A DNA stretch of 62,538 bases, the filler included, from Bipalium vagum (lineage: Eukaryota): the NCBI GenBank assembly GCA_037834085.1. It is 3 parts of 3 records of this genome, joined end to end, with 100 filler letters (N's around TTAATTAATTAA, not from the genome) between each part and the next. Parts side by side here need not be neighbours in the genome. Positions count along the whole stretch, not along the records: positions 23,344 to 41,515 come from JBBMKC010037958.1; 2 more parts are not named here. One strand, 5' to 3'. The notes beneath the pieces are model-generated. The model saw only the letters and a program-made list of their open reading frames with translations, made no database searches and had not been told where the DNA came from. Both the position numbers and the translations under genes were made by a program. Below, piece by piece: positions 23,754 through 37,305 of this stretch (positions are counted from its first letter, which is position 1; every line of letters begins with the position of its first letter).

Positions 23754-26700
23754 ATGCCTGATAGCATTAAAGAATTTCTTCATGATTGGTGTAATCAATC
23801 TAGAAGAACACAACCAACATATATTATAACAAATCAAGGTTTAAATGGAAAACGATTTATTTGCGAGGTTTTAATGTTTATTTTACGAATCGGACTTTAT
23901 ATGAAATAGGTAACAGTTGAGGGTTTTAATTATACAGGTTATGCAACTAGTACTGACAAACAAGATGCTGAAATAAAAGCTGTTCAAGATCTTGTAAAAT
24001 ATATGATTCGTCAGAATTTTATTGAAAAGCATTTGTTAGAAGAATTTGAAGTACAAAAAATAATGTAATTCAAATCAGGTTGAAAATTTTTTTCAGAAGA
24101 AAGGATCTTTTCAATATATGGATGAAAATCAAGTTAATGAGAGCAATAATTCACATGACTCAATTTCGGATGACAATGAGTCAGATATTGATAATATTGA
24201 TGAAAATCAAATGGAAGAAGTCATTATTTATATTTTAATTAATTATATAATTTTATCTTAATTTTCAAATGCATTTTTCAGACAACTGATGGAAATTGGT
24301 CATTAAGCAATGCAAAAGAAAGATTAGATAGGTTCATGCAACAGAATAAAATGTATTCAGAATATAATTACAAGGCTGTTGGTCCAATTTATAACAGGTA
24401 GAAAACATTTTTGAAAAACACCTCTTAAGAAATAAAGTTTTATTATTTTAATTTCAGTTTCTAATTACGATAACTTTTATGCAGTATCTTAAATTTGTAA
24501 ACACCTTTTAAAATAATGAAATTGTTCAATGTTTATAATAAGACAGTGTAAAAAATCATTTAATTTTCTGTTGCATTTCCATATTATTGCTTCAAAAGGT
24601 CTTTACAATTTAAGATATACAGCTATTTTTATAATGAATTAATAATGATTATTAGTGCATTTAAATTTAGGTACATTTATGCTTTCTCTTTGATGGTTGG
24701 TGTTATTTACAATGGTATTAAAATTGCAGAAGAAACATTTGTGAAATGACAATCTATTTCAAGAAATTGCAAAGAACTCTGAAAGCATGTGAGTCGGGAG
24801 CCACTAAAGAGGAATCGTCTAAGGCTTGTGCACTCAACTTGGTAAAGCAATTGTATCGATTAGGACTTATTGAATCGTTCGGTGGAGTACTTAAGAAAAA
24901 ACGAGGAGGCCAAGTAAGACCATTTGATTTAAGAAATCTTTAAATTTAAGATTTTTCTTATTCGAGATACTAAATAAGACCCTTTTTATTTGTAAAAAAT
25001 ACTTTGTAACCCTATAATTTTTAGTGTTTATCTATTGAAATTAAAGAAAATTAGGTGTTTAAATTGACAATAAATAGAATCAATATATTTTATTTTCTTC
25101 ATGTTGTACCACAATTCATTATTAATAAATGATTTTTTATACTATAAAATGATTCTTTTTGTTATTTGACTATTTGATTATTATCTTCTCACTGTTTTTC
25201 AATAATTCTATTAAAGAGGTTCACTTTTTTTAAAGACAAATATATTACTTTATAACTCACTGTAACTAGAAACTAACACAAATTAGTTTTTTGTGATTAA
25301 AAGAATATTTTAACATTAAATATCCAAGACTGACAATTTTTAATGTCTAGATTCCCTCATATAAAATCACTGTTTCCGAAGATTTTAAACAGAAATTGAA
25401 GGACCTTGTAACTAGTCTTGGAGGGCAGCCACAGTCACAACCAAATTCAGAGACAACAGAAAAAATAAATTTGATTCGAAGTCAAAATGTTGTTGATTTC
25501 AAACCTCAGGCTGATCTTCAACCAGAAGTTTTGTCGTGGACTCCTGTTATTCCAAACTGGAATACATGGACATCAACGAATATTAAAAAGATTGGAAATG
25601 TTGAAACCTTATGTCAAATTATGTAACCGTACTGAAATCACGTTTTAGGATTCATTTTCTTCATTGGATGAGATCAGTGCACAACTCAAAAATGCGTTCT
25701 TACAACCGAGACCGTTCAACGAAGAAATGAAAGCCATTCGAATTGAGCGTGATCATCTGCCAATTACAGCAATTAAAGAATTAATTGTGAACAGTGTTTG
25801 TGACAATCAGATTGTGATAATAAATGGAGAAGCTGGTAGTGGGAAAAGCACCCAGGTATAGCTAGAGATAGTTATCGATAATTTCTTGAATTTTTTTTAT
25901 CCAGGTTCCACAGTTTATATTGGATGACCATATTCTGAAGAATAAGGGATCACAATGCAATATAATTATAGTTCCGGCTTATCGGTTTTCTGCTATTTCC
26001 TTAGCAAGCAGAGTAGCTCTAGAAAGAGGAGAAATGTTGGGTTATAGTTGTGGATTTTCAGATAAATTTGAGTCAATTTATCCGCAACCATACGGATCTT
26101 TGCTTTATTGCACTGCCGAAATGATTTTGAGAAAACTGGAGTTTGGTTTGAAAGGAATTTCTCATATCATTATCGATGATTTTAACGAAAGAGATTCAAA
26201 TGTAATTTTATTGATCTTTTTATATTTATATCTTTATTATCCATTGATTTCTGTTAAATTTATTCAGCCGTTGTTTTATAATTATTTTGCCAAATCTTCA
26301 CTCTGTTTTGTGATAACATTTCCTTGGTTGGTCAGATAAAAATTGAAATTTGTAATTTTTGCACTTCTCTATGCTTATTTTTATTTTTGACGAACGGATC
26401 TTTCGAGTTCGTTATCAGTCCAATCACTTTCTTCATTTTCCCTAATTTTTCAATATTTTTTCAATGAAAATTTTGGGTTTTTAACTATCGGTAATTTTAA
26501 TATTATTACCGTTATATATGTTATTCAAAAATATTAAAAAAAAAATAATTTTTTACATTAGAGTTTTCATTATAAGTTTTATGCAGTTTAGTGCATGAGT
26601 TTGGAAACTTTCATCTCATACACAGTATTAAATTATTGATTTTAGATAAATTTTAAGAATTTAAAATTATTTAATCGATATCTTACATATGACTGCCTTA

Positions 26701-29700
26701 TTTGTGAAATATTTTATGAAATACGTTGATTTTTTCGAAAAATTTTTTATGTTTAAACTTTGTTTCAGATAGATTTCTTGGTCATTTTATTGCGTGACAT
26801 GGCTTCTGTTTATCCCCAATTAAAGATCATCTTGATGGGTGTATCCCTTGACATAGAATCTCTGAAAAACTACTTCACCAACAATGTGATCATCCAAGTT
26901 GAAGGTCGTTCTTGTCCAGTCGAATGTAATTTTAGTACTAATTAAAAAAGTTAATTATTGCTGCCGTCATTTCACAGATTATTTTCTGGAGGATTGCATA
27001 GAAAAAATCAATTTTCAAGCGAAGACCATTGGTAATTTTATCGATCTCGAAATGGAAGATGAAGTTGGCGTAGATTGCAATACTATTTGTGATGATGTCT
27101 ACAAACCGTCTACTAAACTAAACATGTCAAAAATATCGGAATCCGGGATTAGTTTAGACCTCATTGAAGCTCTTCTTTCGTAAGCCATAAATTATTAATT
27201 GACATTTTTAATTTTTCGATTTCAACATTGACTATTGGTTTCATTACCAATGTACATATATTTTGACTTCTAACCAATAGTAAATATTTCTAAATCAATT
27301 AAATTAAACAATTATTTACAACGAAAACTCCTTAATTATTTCTTCCATTATCATTTTATGAATTCCGATTTATTTGATTTATTTTATCGTGAAATAATAG
27401 GTACATTGACACTATTCACCCGACTGGATCCGTGCTGATTTTTCTACCTGATTTCAATGTGATCCGAATGCTTTACAAACATCTTTCGAATCACAATAGT
27501 AATGGAAATCATTCATTTTTTCTCACAATGCTACACGCACAAGCTCCTCAGATTGCTCAGAAAAAGATATTTCAATTTCCTTGTCCTGTCCGAAAAGTAA
27601 TTCTTACTACAAATATTGCAGAAAGCAGTCAGACAATCAATGATGTGATGTTTGTTATCGATTTCTGTAAGGATGCTGTCAAGGGATATAATGCTGACAA
27701 CAAAGTAATATATAGCACCCGATGGGTGTCCAAAAGCAACGTGGAACAGCGTAGAAGTCGAGCATGCTATTCGCCAAAAGGTTATGTTTTTCATCTCATA
27801 AGCAAAGCGCGATATCAGAATTTGAAAGCTAGCCAAAGTCCCGAAATATGCCGAACTTCATTGCACAATTTGGTGTTGAAGATTAAATTGTTGAAGCTGG
27901 GAAATATCTATGAGTTTTTGTCCAACGCCATTGAGGAGCCACCAATTCAGAACATCAAAGAGGCGGAAGACTTTCTGAAAGAACTGAACGTTTTAGATCC
28001 AAGAGGAGAGCTTACGGATCTGGGTCGAGTTATTGGTCGATTACCCATTGAGCCGAGAATGGGAAGAATGATAATTTTTGGTTGCATGCTTGGTATTGGC
28101 GATGCTTGCACTCTCATTGCAGCTATCACATTAATGGGCGATCCGTTCATTTTAACTAACCAACAGAATGCCTTGAGCAACAGGCGATTTAACCTTTGTG
28201 GCGATCGATTTTCAGACCACGTTGCAATTCTCCACGCATTCAAAAAATGGAGCTGGGTTTCCCAACAGCACAATTTATCGGAAGAACATTATTGCATATC
28301 GAACGGTCTCAATTATTCCATCTTGAAAATGATCCAAAGTGCAGCTTTCCAAGTTTTTGTTTTCATTCAAAAATTTTTATTTTTAAATTTCAGATGAAAT
28401 CAATTCTAATCCAATCTGGATTCCCAAAAGATTGTCTTGCGCCGCAGTATTTCGACTACAACTATCCTCTTTCCATGCTCAATAGTGTCATTACACTACT
28501 TGTAATGGGTCTGTATCCTAATATTTGCCATTACAATGGAAACCGAGAATTGCTCACCAAGGATTTTGAATCGGCATTTGTTCATAAGTTATCGGTTAAT
28601 TATCGGTTTGACGATGTTTGGATTGGGTCACCGTTTTTTGTATTTTGTGAAAAGGTAGTTTACTTGTTTCTTTCACTCTTAACTATTTCGTGATTGGGGA
28701 TCTTTACTAAAGATGTTATTACTAGTATGGTTATTAATAATTTTTAAGAATATTAATGATTTTCAAGATTTATTATTTAATATTCAATTTACAACTACTA
28801 TTATTATCACTTATTATTTATCATGATTTTATTTTTTTTTAATTTTGATATTAATTTAAAATAAGTAATTGTATAGTGTTATATGTAATAATTATGATAA
28901 TAATAATAATAAATAATCATTATTCTTTAAAATATCAAATGTTTTTTTATAATTATTTCTTGTTAAGTAACTTTAAAATGAGTATTGAAATATATATAAT
29001 TTTAATTGTTTCATTTTTTAACTTATTTTGGAATTGATTTTATTGATTATTTGAAGATAAGAACAAAATTTTATTAAACTTGTTGGAGGAAATGTATAAA
29101 GATTTACACATATCAAGTAAACATTTCAAAATATGTTTTAGATTCGAACTCATCCCATATCCTGCAAACAATTGACCAGGATTTCCCCATTACAATTGCT
29201 TTTATTTGGTTGTCGCAAGGTTACATATCAAAATAAACGAATCACCATCGACAACTGGCTGACATTTGATATTGATTTCGAACTTGTAAATAACATTTTA
29301 TCATTGCGACCGGCCATGGAAAAAATGCTCCTAAATATATGTTCAAATCCGGAACTGATTTTAAATCCTTTTGATCATGACTTGCAATTGATCACTGTTG
29401 TGGCAGAATTGGGTATTCCTTCCTCATGGAAATGTGATGCGGGGGAGTTAGTTTTGATAAAGCCGCCGCCGACACCAGCACAGAAAAAATCCGCGGGTAA
29501 TCGTAAACGGAAAAAATCCGATTGGAACGCATATCAGTTTGAGAACCATCCGGTTCCAGATAAGATTCCAGCTAAAGAAAGTAATACACATTCCAGTTGT
29601 AATTCCATTAATGGATGCACGCCATCTGAAAGTTACCATAATATGAATATAAAGAAAAATAAAATCGAAAAAATTAATGAGAAAACACCAAAAAAGGGAT

Positions 29701-30395
29701 TTTTGCTACCGACCCCAGTAACCGCACCAGTAAAACATGTTCACAATCCCATCAAAAATCGACTAGGAAAAAGTGTCAATTTGTCTTGTAAACAACAAGA
29801 TTTTACTGAAAATGATTTCTCAGAATATTACTATGACCACAGTGATGCCAGTCAGTTCTCATCAGAGTTGAGTGGAAATAGCATTTCCAGATTCAGGTCC
29901 TATGACAAAAGTGACACGCTGCATTTCGATGTCAAGAGCTTGAACGGTTGTCGGTCATTCTCTCAAATGTCACAGAAATTACTCAGCAAAAATCTTTCAA
30001 TCAATTCCATTTTCCCGGTTCATGTTCCATTTAGTCTTTTATCAAATGGAGCACTGCCCTCTCACCCCATTCCAAAGACATACGAGAAAAACGAATACAT
30101 GAACATTTTACAATCAGAATCTCAAAAATCGATAGTCGAAAAATCGACTCGAGCATTGGTTAAAACTCGACCCTGGTACGATCACAACGATTATGAAAAT
30201 GTCAACAAATCGGACAATGTGCTCGACGCTTATAAAAACACCAAAGGTTTTTTAAAGATTTCTGCTGCTGCTCCAGTTCCCCCAGACAATCCCTTAGATG
30301 CGTATGAGAACACGAAGAGTACACTCAAAAGCAACAATAATAAAGAATTGGATGACCCTCAAAATCCAATTTTGTCATACGAATTACCGAGTTAG
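23754..30395 (+). CDS. DHX9: DHX9/RNA helicase A/Maleless-family protein with degenerate ATPase motifs and novel C-terminal tail (13 or more exons)
   Basis: Exons 23754-23867, 23910-24050, 24097-24219, 24282-24397, 24730-24913, 25351-25599, 25649-25855, 25905-26201, 26769-26925, 26978-27179, 27401-28352, 28394-28654 and 29142-30390; possibly 1-2 more small exons to ~30641. dsRBD1 IKEFLHDWC..RFICEVTVEGFNYTG, dsRBD2 GNWSLSNAKERL..SKACALNLVKQLYRLG, MTAD-like WTPVIPNWNTWTSTN, RecA1/2, HA2 and OB fold. Confidence 0.9.
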
Positions 30396-33300
30396 TTTCT
30401 TCTTGGAAGGCAGTTGGGAGGATTCTCAACTGCTTCGATTTGCAATATTTTGTGTAATTTTATTAATTAAAAAAACATTTTCAGACAACACTGAACTCAT
30501 GAGAGGCCAGTTCACATTTCTGAATCCGAGGCGTTCAGAAAATATTAGTAATTATACATTATTTGATTTAATTTATTGACTATTATTTCAAATTCAGGAG
30601 GTAGGTACCTGGTCGCTAGACAATGGTGAAGATATTTTATGACTCAGAAAATGAGAGTAAAACGTGTAGAAAATAATGAATTTATCTCCGATATATTTTC
30701 ATCGATGTAAAATGATATATTGTATGTCCGCTGTCTCTGAGGCGATGCTGTTTTGTGTCCAGTGTGAAAATTAATAATGTTCTTTCGTTAATTCATTTTA
30801 TCTTCTAGTAGAATTAATACGAAGGAATAACAAAATTTGTAGTCGGGCATCCTATGATTTTGTGGTCCTCGTGTTTTAATTATTTTTCACAAGTTTTAAA
30901 AGATATTTTTGTTTCAAGTGGGCATTTAGGCCAATAATTGGATATGAATTTTGCGCAAAGTTTAACTTTAAAAGCGTTGGTGATAAATTATAAAACAGTT
31001 AATAGGTCACCCGATTATGTTAAATCTGACAGTGCTTATTCTCATATATCATAGAGGTATGTTAGGGCATAATTAAGTTTTGTTTAGGTACCGCAAAAAG
31101 TATATAATTTTTTAAAATAGTATTTTTTAAAAATATTTCTGTAATATGTATTTTTTGAATATGTAAATATTTTGTATTTAGTTTGACCTTAACATCAAAT
31201 ACGAATTTTTGTTAATGAAAATTAATTTTTTGAAAAATGTTGATTTCGAGGAATTCTGAAATGAAGAAATCAGTAAGGACTTTAGATTATTCATTAACTG
31301 AAGAAAATGTTAATTTTATTTTTGATAAAATTCCATAAATTTTGTTGAAGCTAAATATTAGATTGCTAACATACAAATGTGCGTTTAAAAAATGAATTAT
31401 GTCTAAAACTACAAATATTTTTATTAATTTAATACATTTTCCACGAATTCAGTAATTGCACCAAACATGATTGTTACTTTATTTTTTTGTGAGTTTCGAC
31501 ATTGGTTCCAATAATAAGTAAAGCATTTAAATTTTCATCTTTGATATTGTCTTCAAACAAAATATATCAAGCTAAAAACTAAAGCAAACACTTAAGTTAA
31601 AATATTAATTAGATGAAAGAAAATTTTTGAATTCAATCGGATTTGCTTCTTTATACTTATTTCGAGATTTCAAATCAATAATTTCCAATTTTAAACCGAA
31701 AGGTAAGTCTTCAAATATGGAATTACTTTAAGAAAAGAATAACTTGGCTTGTCGTTTTTTGGGAACCACTACATGAAAATGACGTCATCATTTCAAAATT
31801 TGGGTGAGATATCCTTCGCAATTTTTCATATAAGTAAAAATTAAGTAACGAAATTAAACTAATTTTAAATCATCAAATTATTGTTTCATTAATTTACGCT
31901 TTTTTAAGCATTTAAATTAACTTTTTCAACATATCTTATTTTCAATAATTATTAAACCTTACAAATACCAATTGCTCCAAGAATGCAAAATAATACACGA
32001 GTACTGCAATACAGATATCCCAATCATTGTTATAAATTTTTAAAATCTGTAACTCTTAAAGGGCATTATTTTAATTGTGATTATATCTTTTTATATTTTA
32101 CTTTTTTGTGTTGATTTCAATTTTAATTCTCAAATATTTGACGTAATATAATTACTTACACTTTACATTTGATTAATAAAGTCTAAGTGAGAGTCCAACA
32201 AATAAGCCAATTTTCAGTTATTGTAATAATTTACGAAAGGAATTATTTTGACTAAAGGAAAGAGTGACAAGCCATTTATTATTGCCTTAAAATTTTACTC
32301 TTTTTATTAACTTTCGATTCATAATTATGCGTAAATAAATAAATAGAATTTTTTGAGAAACTTTATTAGTTATGAAGATATCAGAACTTAATAACCAATT
32401 CAATAACAAAAAATTTAATTGAGAAAGTTTAGACTGAAGTCTGATTAATTATTTCACTATTTTAAATATATTATATAATAATTAGAAATATTGATAGTCT
32501 ACTTTTTTAAAACAATGTTTTATCACATTAAAACATTTTTACTAACTCAGAAAGGAGAGAGATTCGAAATATCTTATTTGTTTATTATAATTATTAAAAG
32601 TGGTTATATTCAGAGAAACTCAACTTCCATTTTTACTTTAGCACTGATCGTTACTAAAATTGACAGTTTATATATTTATTTTTTAAAGCAAAAAGGAAAT
32701 ACATTTACCAAGAATGGTTTAACACTGGTTAAACACTGATGCCATCCTGCTAGCTATTTTGACATTGAGTATCTCTTGACTTCCCACATTCTGAGTAGGC
32801 TTCAACGAAAGAACTCTAGTGACTTCCTTCAAAAGAGAACGTAGCCCGTTTCATTAATTCTGGTATGAAATTGACCTCGAGATCAGTATTCAATAAAAAT
32901 AGATCTAATTTTACTCAAAAATCAGTGACAAGCGATTTTTTTGGAAAGCATACGATGAAAAAATTTCCCTATATTTAATGCTTCGCAATTGGATTATAAA
33001 ATATTCAAATATCCAACATTTGTCTTCCTAATTGAACAAGATATTACTTTTCGTTTTCCGATGGTGAAATTATTAACATTTCACAAAGTTGAATTACACT
33101 CCCAATTAAGTTATTTGCAAAATTACCAATAAATAATTAATAATAATTAATTTATAATTAAAACATTAACACTTCTCATAAGTAACATTTATGCTTTGTT
33201 AAATAAGAATAACTAATATATATTCTAAGTATATATTCTAATTTTAATTTCCAATGAGAAACAAATTATAGTTAATTAATAATAAATATTATTTTTATAC

Positions 33301-34169
33301 TTATATTCACTAGATAATTGGATGTTTTATTTATGTGAAAAACGTTTGTAAGAAGAAATAAAACCTGTATATGTCCTAATTGAGATATCACTGATCAAAA
33401 AAATAAAGCATGAATATTGTATAGATTTCTTCCAGAAAAATGGAACAATAATTTGATATTCTATTTTCCTTTTTATTAAGTTTTTAAATTCAATAAATAA
33501 TAATTGATTCTTGTATATATCCTTATTTTATCTGTATTATTCATTTTTGCTATAGAGCAGATTTTAAAATAAAAAAATAAATTATTAACTCTCAAAAGTC
33601 AAAAGGATTAAATGAAAGCTGTCTGGAAGTTGAAGATAAGGTTGGTTTGTTGTGGATTTTTTATAATTGTTCAGATCTGAAAATATTATAAGCGGCTTTG
33701 AATTATATTATATTTATATGGCACAGATAACTCATGAAAAAAATATCAAAATGCTAAATAATTTATTTCGAAATACAAAAAGTTTATTCATGTGAATTTA
33801 ATCGTAAATTAAATTGAATATATTTAATCATTTATTATTAAATATCAATATTATCAATATATTAGAAAGATGATCAGTCAAGGAGATACTTAGATTGATA
33901 TAAAATAACATTTAGTTTAATATGTTTATAATATATAATAATTAAATTATTTGCAATTTTCTGGATTTTTCTTTTGAGTAATTTTTTGGAACGTTTTCTT
34001 TGTTTTATTTTGTTTCCGCCATTTGATAATCATATAGAAAATAATTTTTTTGTATACCATTAGGTCGAATAAATTTAAAATAATAATAGCTTTATATTAT
34101 ATATATTATATAATATAATATAAAATTTTGACAATGTTTTTTTATCCATTGCAATATTGTAGATGAAAT

Positions 34170-34340
34170 TATTAGATTGCTGCTACAAGCCTGCGAAAAT
34201 TGATCCAAAAATTATCTTTTCAATCATATACAGAATAGTTAGACAAGGCAGCACAATATACACTGATGAGGCAAGAGTATATCGTGAATTAAACAAAACA
34301 TAATTATGAAGCATATAAACTATGAATTTGTTAATAAAAC
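34170..34340 (+). mobile_element. Merlin (IS1016/ISXO2-like) transposase fragment
   Basis: IIYRIVRQGSTIYTDEARVYREL..H.NYEFVN resembles the GSxIxTDxWxxY..HxxVNH motif. Confidence 0.55.
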
Positions 34341-34349
34341 TATAATTTT

Positions 34350-35783
34350 TTATTATTGAGATTGGTTTTTATTGTAGGTCATAAAAATCATTGTCCCAAA
34401 ATTTTAAAATTATTCACAAAGCGACATAATCTGAAGTTAAATTTTTTATCTGGTGAAAGCGGAAATAGTAATCTACAGCAAATTGAATCTGCTAAACTTC
34501 AATTGATAAAGATCATTAAAGATTATGAACTATCCGTATCTATAATATGGATGAAACTGGTCTTATATATAGACATTTTCCTTCAAGAACATTTAGCAAT
34601 CATAATGTTTAAGGCGTCAGAATGGATAAACACAGATTGACTATTGTATGCTGCTGCAATGCGACTGGTAACGATAAAAGGAAACATACTGTAATCGGTA
34701 AATCTAAATCTCCTCGATACTTTCGGGGTATGAATATATTAAAACTTATTAATTATCAAACAAATTCTAAGCCTTGCATGACAACTCTGTAATTTAATAA
34801 TTGGGGTAAAAATTTTAATAGTGATATGACAATTCAAAAGAGAAAAGTTCTATTAATTTTGGATAATGCACCTTGCCATAAGAATTTCATATTATCCAAT
34901 GTACAGTTGTTATTCCTGCCAAAGAATTCAACTGCAACTTTAGAACCTCTTGATGCTGGAATACTTCGAGCATTCAAATGTCATTATAAAGTTTTATTTG
35001 AGAAAACTATTGGACATACAAGAACTTCATGATAACATTAAGAATATTCAACAAGCTATTAATAATGTCTTATTTTTTGCCTTTCAATAAAATATGCTAA
35101 ACTTTTAGCGGCAACTGTATATATATGTTATACAGAACTCACGGAGCGAGATTAGTGCTTCAATAATTGTAAATGTTGGAATCATGCTGGGTTAATCACT
35201 CTTGAAATCTACTTGCCAAAATATGACTAAGTATTGCACGATATTCAGATTTCCATAGATAAAATCAATTTGGAATCTCCGTTATCAGTCGATGAATATA
35301 TCTACCTTGATGATAATATTGACATTTTGGAGGAGCTGAATACGGAAGGATTGTTGGAATCGTTAAATCAACGAATAATTTATCTTCAGATGAGGAGGAA
35401 TCAATCAATGAACTAGTGTATATTCCAAGTAAAAAGAAGTTGTTGATTGTCTTGATATTATTAGGAGATTTCTTTGTTCAAATAAAGGATGAAAATCCCC
35501 TCAAAAATTTTATGAAGTTTGAAGAAAAAATCAGAATTAATTTGCAGCCGACACTGAAACAAATAACATTGATTGAATACTTTACATTGAAATATTGCAT
35601 TTGGAATGTGACTTCCGTTTCTTTTTTTCAACTTATAATAATTATTAAATTACTTTAAAATATCATAATATTTTAGTTATTACTTTATTATATAATCGAC
35701 AACCCCCGCTGTAAAGGGCACCCGGTTATAATTGAAATTTTCACACTGTACAAATCTGTCCCTTATAACGGGGTTTGACTGTA
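34350..35783 (+). mobile_element. pogo/Tigger DNA transposon relic
   Basis: KRHNLK..LSGES, IYNMDETGL, VIGKSKSPRYF, LLILDNAPCH..FLPKNSTATLEPLDAGILRAFKCHY; right end cccttataacggggtttgactg+TA. Confidence 0.85.
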
Positions 35784-35859
35784 TTTTGTAAAAATAATTA
35801 AATATATATAAATGTTTATTCATTTTATAATTATTTATAATAATTATAATTTATTTTAC

Positions 35860-36170
35860 ATGTGGATCGGGTGAATATTCACAGGTAATGGTTCCATGAA
35901 GAAACAATATATCGAAAAAATTTCATATGGTTATAGTGTGCAACTTTCCTGGAGCAATTTATTTTGAAATACCCGAATATGGTCAATGTATTAACGCTGA
36001 AAGACACGGAATTTGTCAAAAATTTGAATATTGGAATAGGTGATAGACAAAAAAGATGGTTGATGCACGATGATGCTCCTTCCCAGAGATCCCAACGACC
36101 CCGATTATAAAGCAAAAGGAATGTAGAAAGTTGGAAAAACATTCTGAACATGTTATCCAATGTATTGGCA
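35860..36170 (+). mobile_element. mariner-like transposase fragment
   Basis: GAIYFEIPEYGQCINAE..RWLMHDDAPSQRS remnant. Confidence 0.45.
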
Positions 36171-36489
36171 ACTATATTTATTAAGTTTAAATATATGTTT
36201 ATTAATTTGCTTTATTTATTATTAAAACGGAATGTTTTGTGTCCCCTATAAATAAGCATAAAAAGCTTATTTTCAAGTAAAATTTTGAATATTTTTCAAA
36301 GTTTAATTTACTAAATATCCAATTTATGAAAGCACGATTTTGTAGTTTTATTATTATTAATTTTTTTTATAATAAACCTAAATATTAATATTTTTAAAAA
36401 ATATTCTCAATTTATGATTTCAATAATTTTACTCTAAATAATTAATAAATTTTATCTATAATTAAGTCTATAATAATAATGATATTAAT

Positions 36490-37200
36490 AATAACTTTCT
36501 CCCAATTTTCAGGAAGCTGATGAATTCTTGGATAAAAGAAATCAGCATTTTTGGTGGCTGTTCAATCACTGATCCATTTTTCACCTTCCTAGAAGGATTA
36601 GAAGCGCTTCTCGAAAAGTGAATGTACCATCGACCGAAATAGATGATAGTCAGGTACGCAATCTGGTTAATTTTCCGCATGGGTTAGCACTTCTTATAAA
36701 AGCAACTTTAACGTGTCCTGGAATCGTTTGTTGACGTGTGACCGGGTGTTGTCATACAGCAAAATTATTTTATGCTGCCTTTTCTTTTATTCTGGTCTTT
36801 TTTTGCGCAATGACTGACTCAGACTTATTAATTTTCTCACGATGAATTTCCTTTGAGTCCCACCAGATTTTAGATATCATTTTCCCTATGAATGTTTCTC
36901 TTGGATGTTCATTTGGAGGACTATCCGGAATCGCAATTTTTTTTCTGTGTTTAGGGTTTTCTAAAGAAATCCACTTTTCGTTACCCGTAATAATGCAGGA
37001 AACATTTTTTTGCCTAGCACACAAAGTTTCACTTGTGACTTTAAGTCTTTTCATTTCTTTCACCTCTAGCTCGTGTGGTACCCATCTTTTTACTTTGTAT
37101 ACTTTTTCCATGGCTTTTAAATATCGAAGATTAAGAAGCATTTAATAATTACATAATTTTCAAGAAAAAAATCTCACATTTTTCTTCATTTCTGCATAGA
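36490..37200 (-). mobile_element. mariner transposase relic
   Basis: WVPHEL and IITGNEKWI motifs in ORF 36770-37141, with decayed downstream catalytic region. Confidence 0.8.
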
Positions 37201-37305
37201 AATTAAAAACGACAGATTTTGAAACGCCCGTGTCTTCAGTAGCTGACTTTTGTGATCTGCCCAGGGCCCATAAATGTAATAAATGAACACATTTATTTAG
37301 ACGTA

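Noticed and set aside
26175-27770. A-to-I editing or a variant genetic code restoring the DHX9/YTHDC2 motifs
   Set aside because: GAT->GGT and AGT->GGT could fix two positions, but DDFN->DEIH, GVS->SAT, CY->GR and the YTHDC2 changes cannot arise by A-to-G. SF1 and Mint translate normally with the standard code.
27531-28273. Minus-strand ORFs of 101 and 108 aa
   Set aside because: Antisense shadows of the large DHX9 exon.
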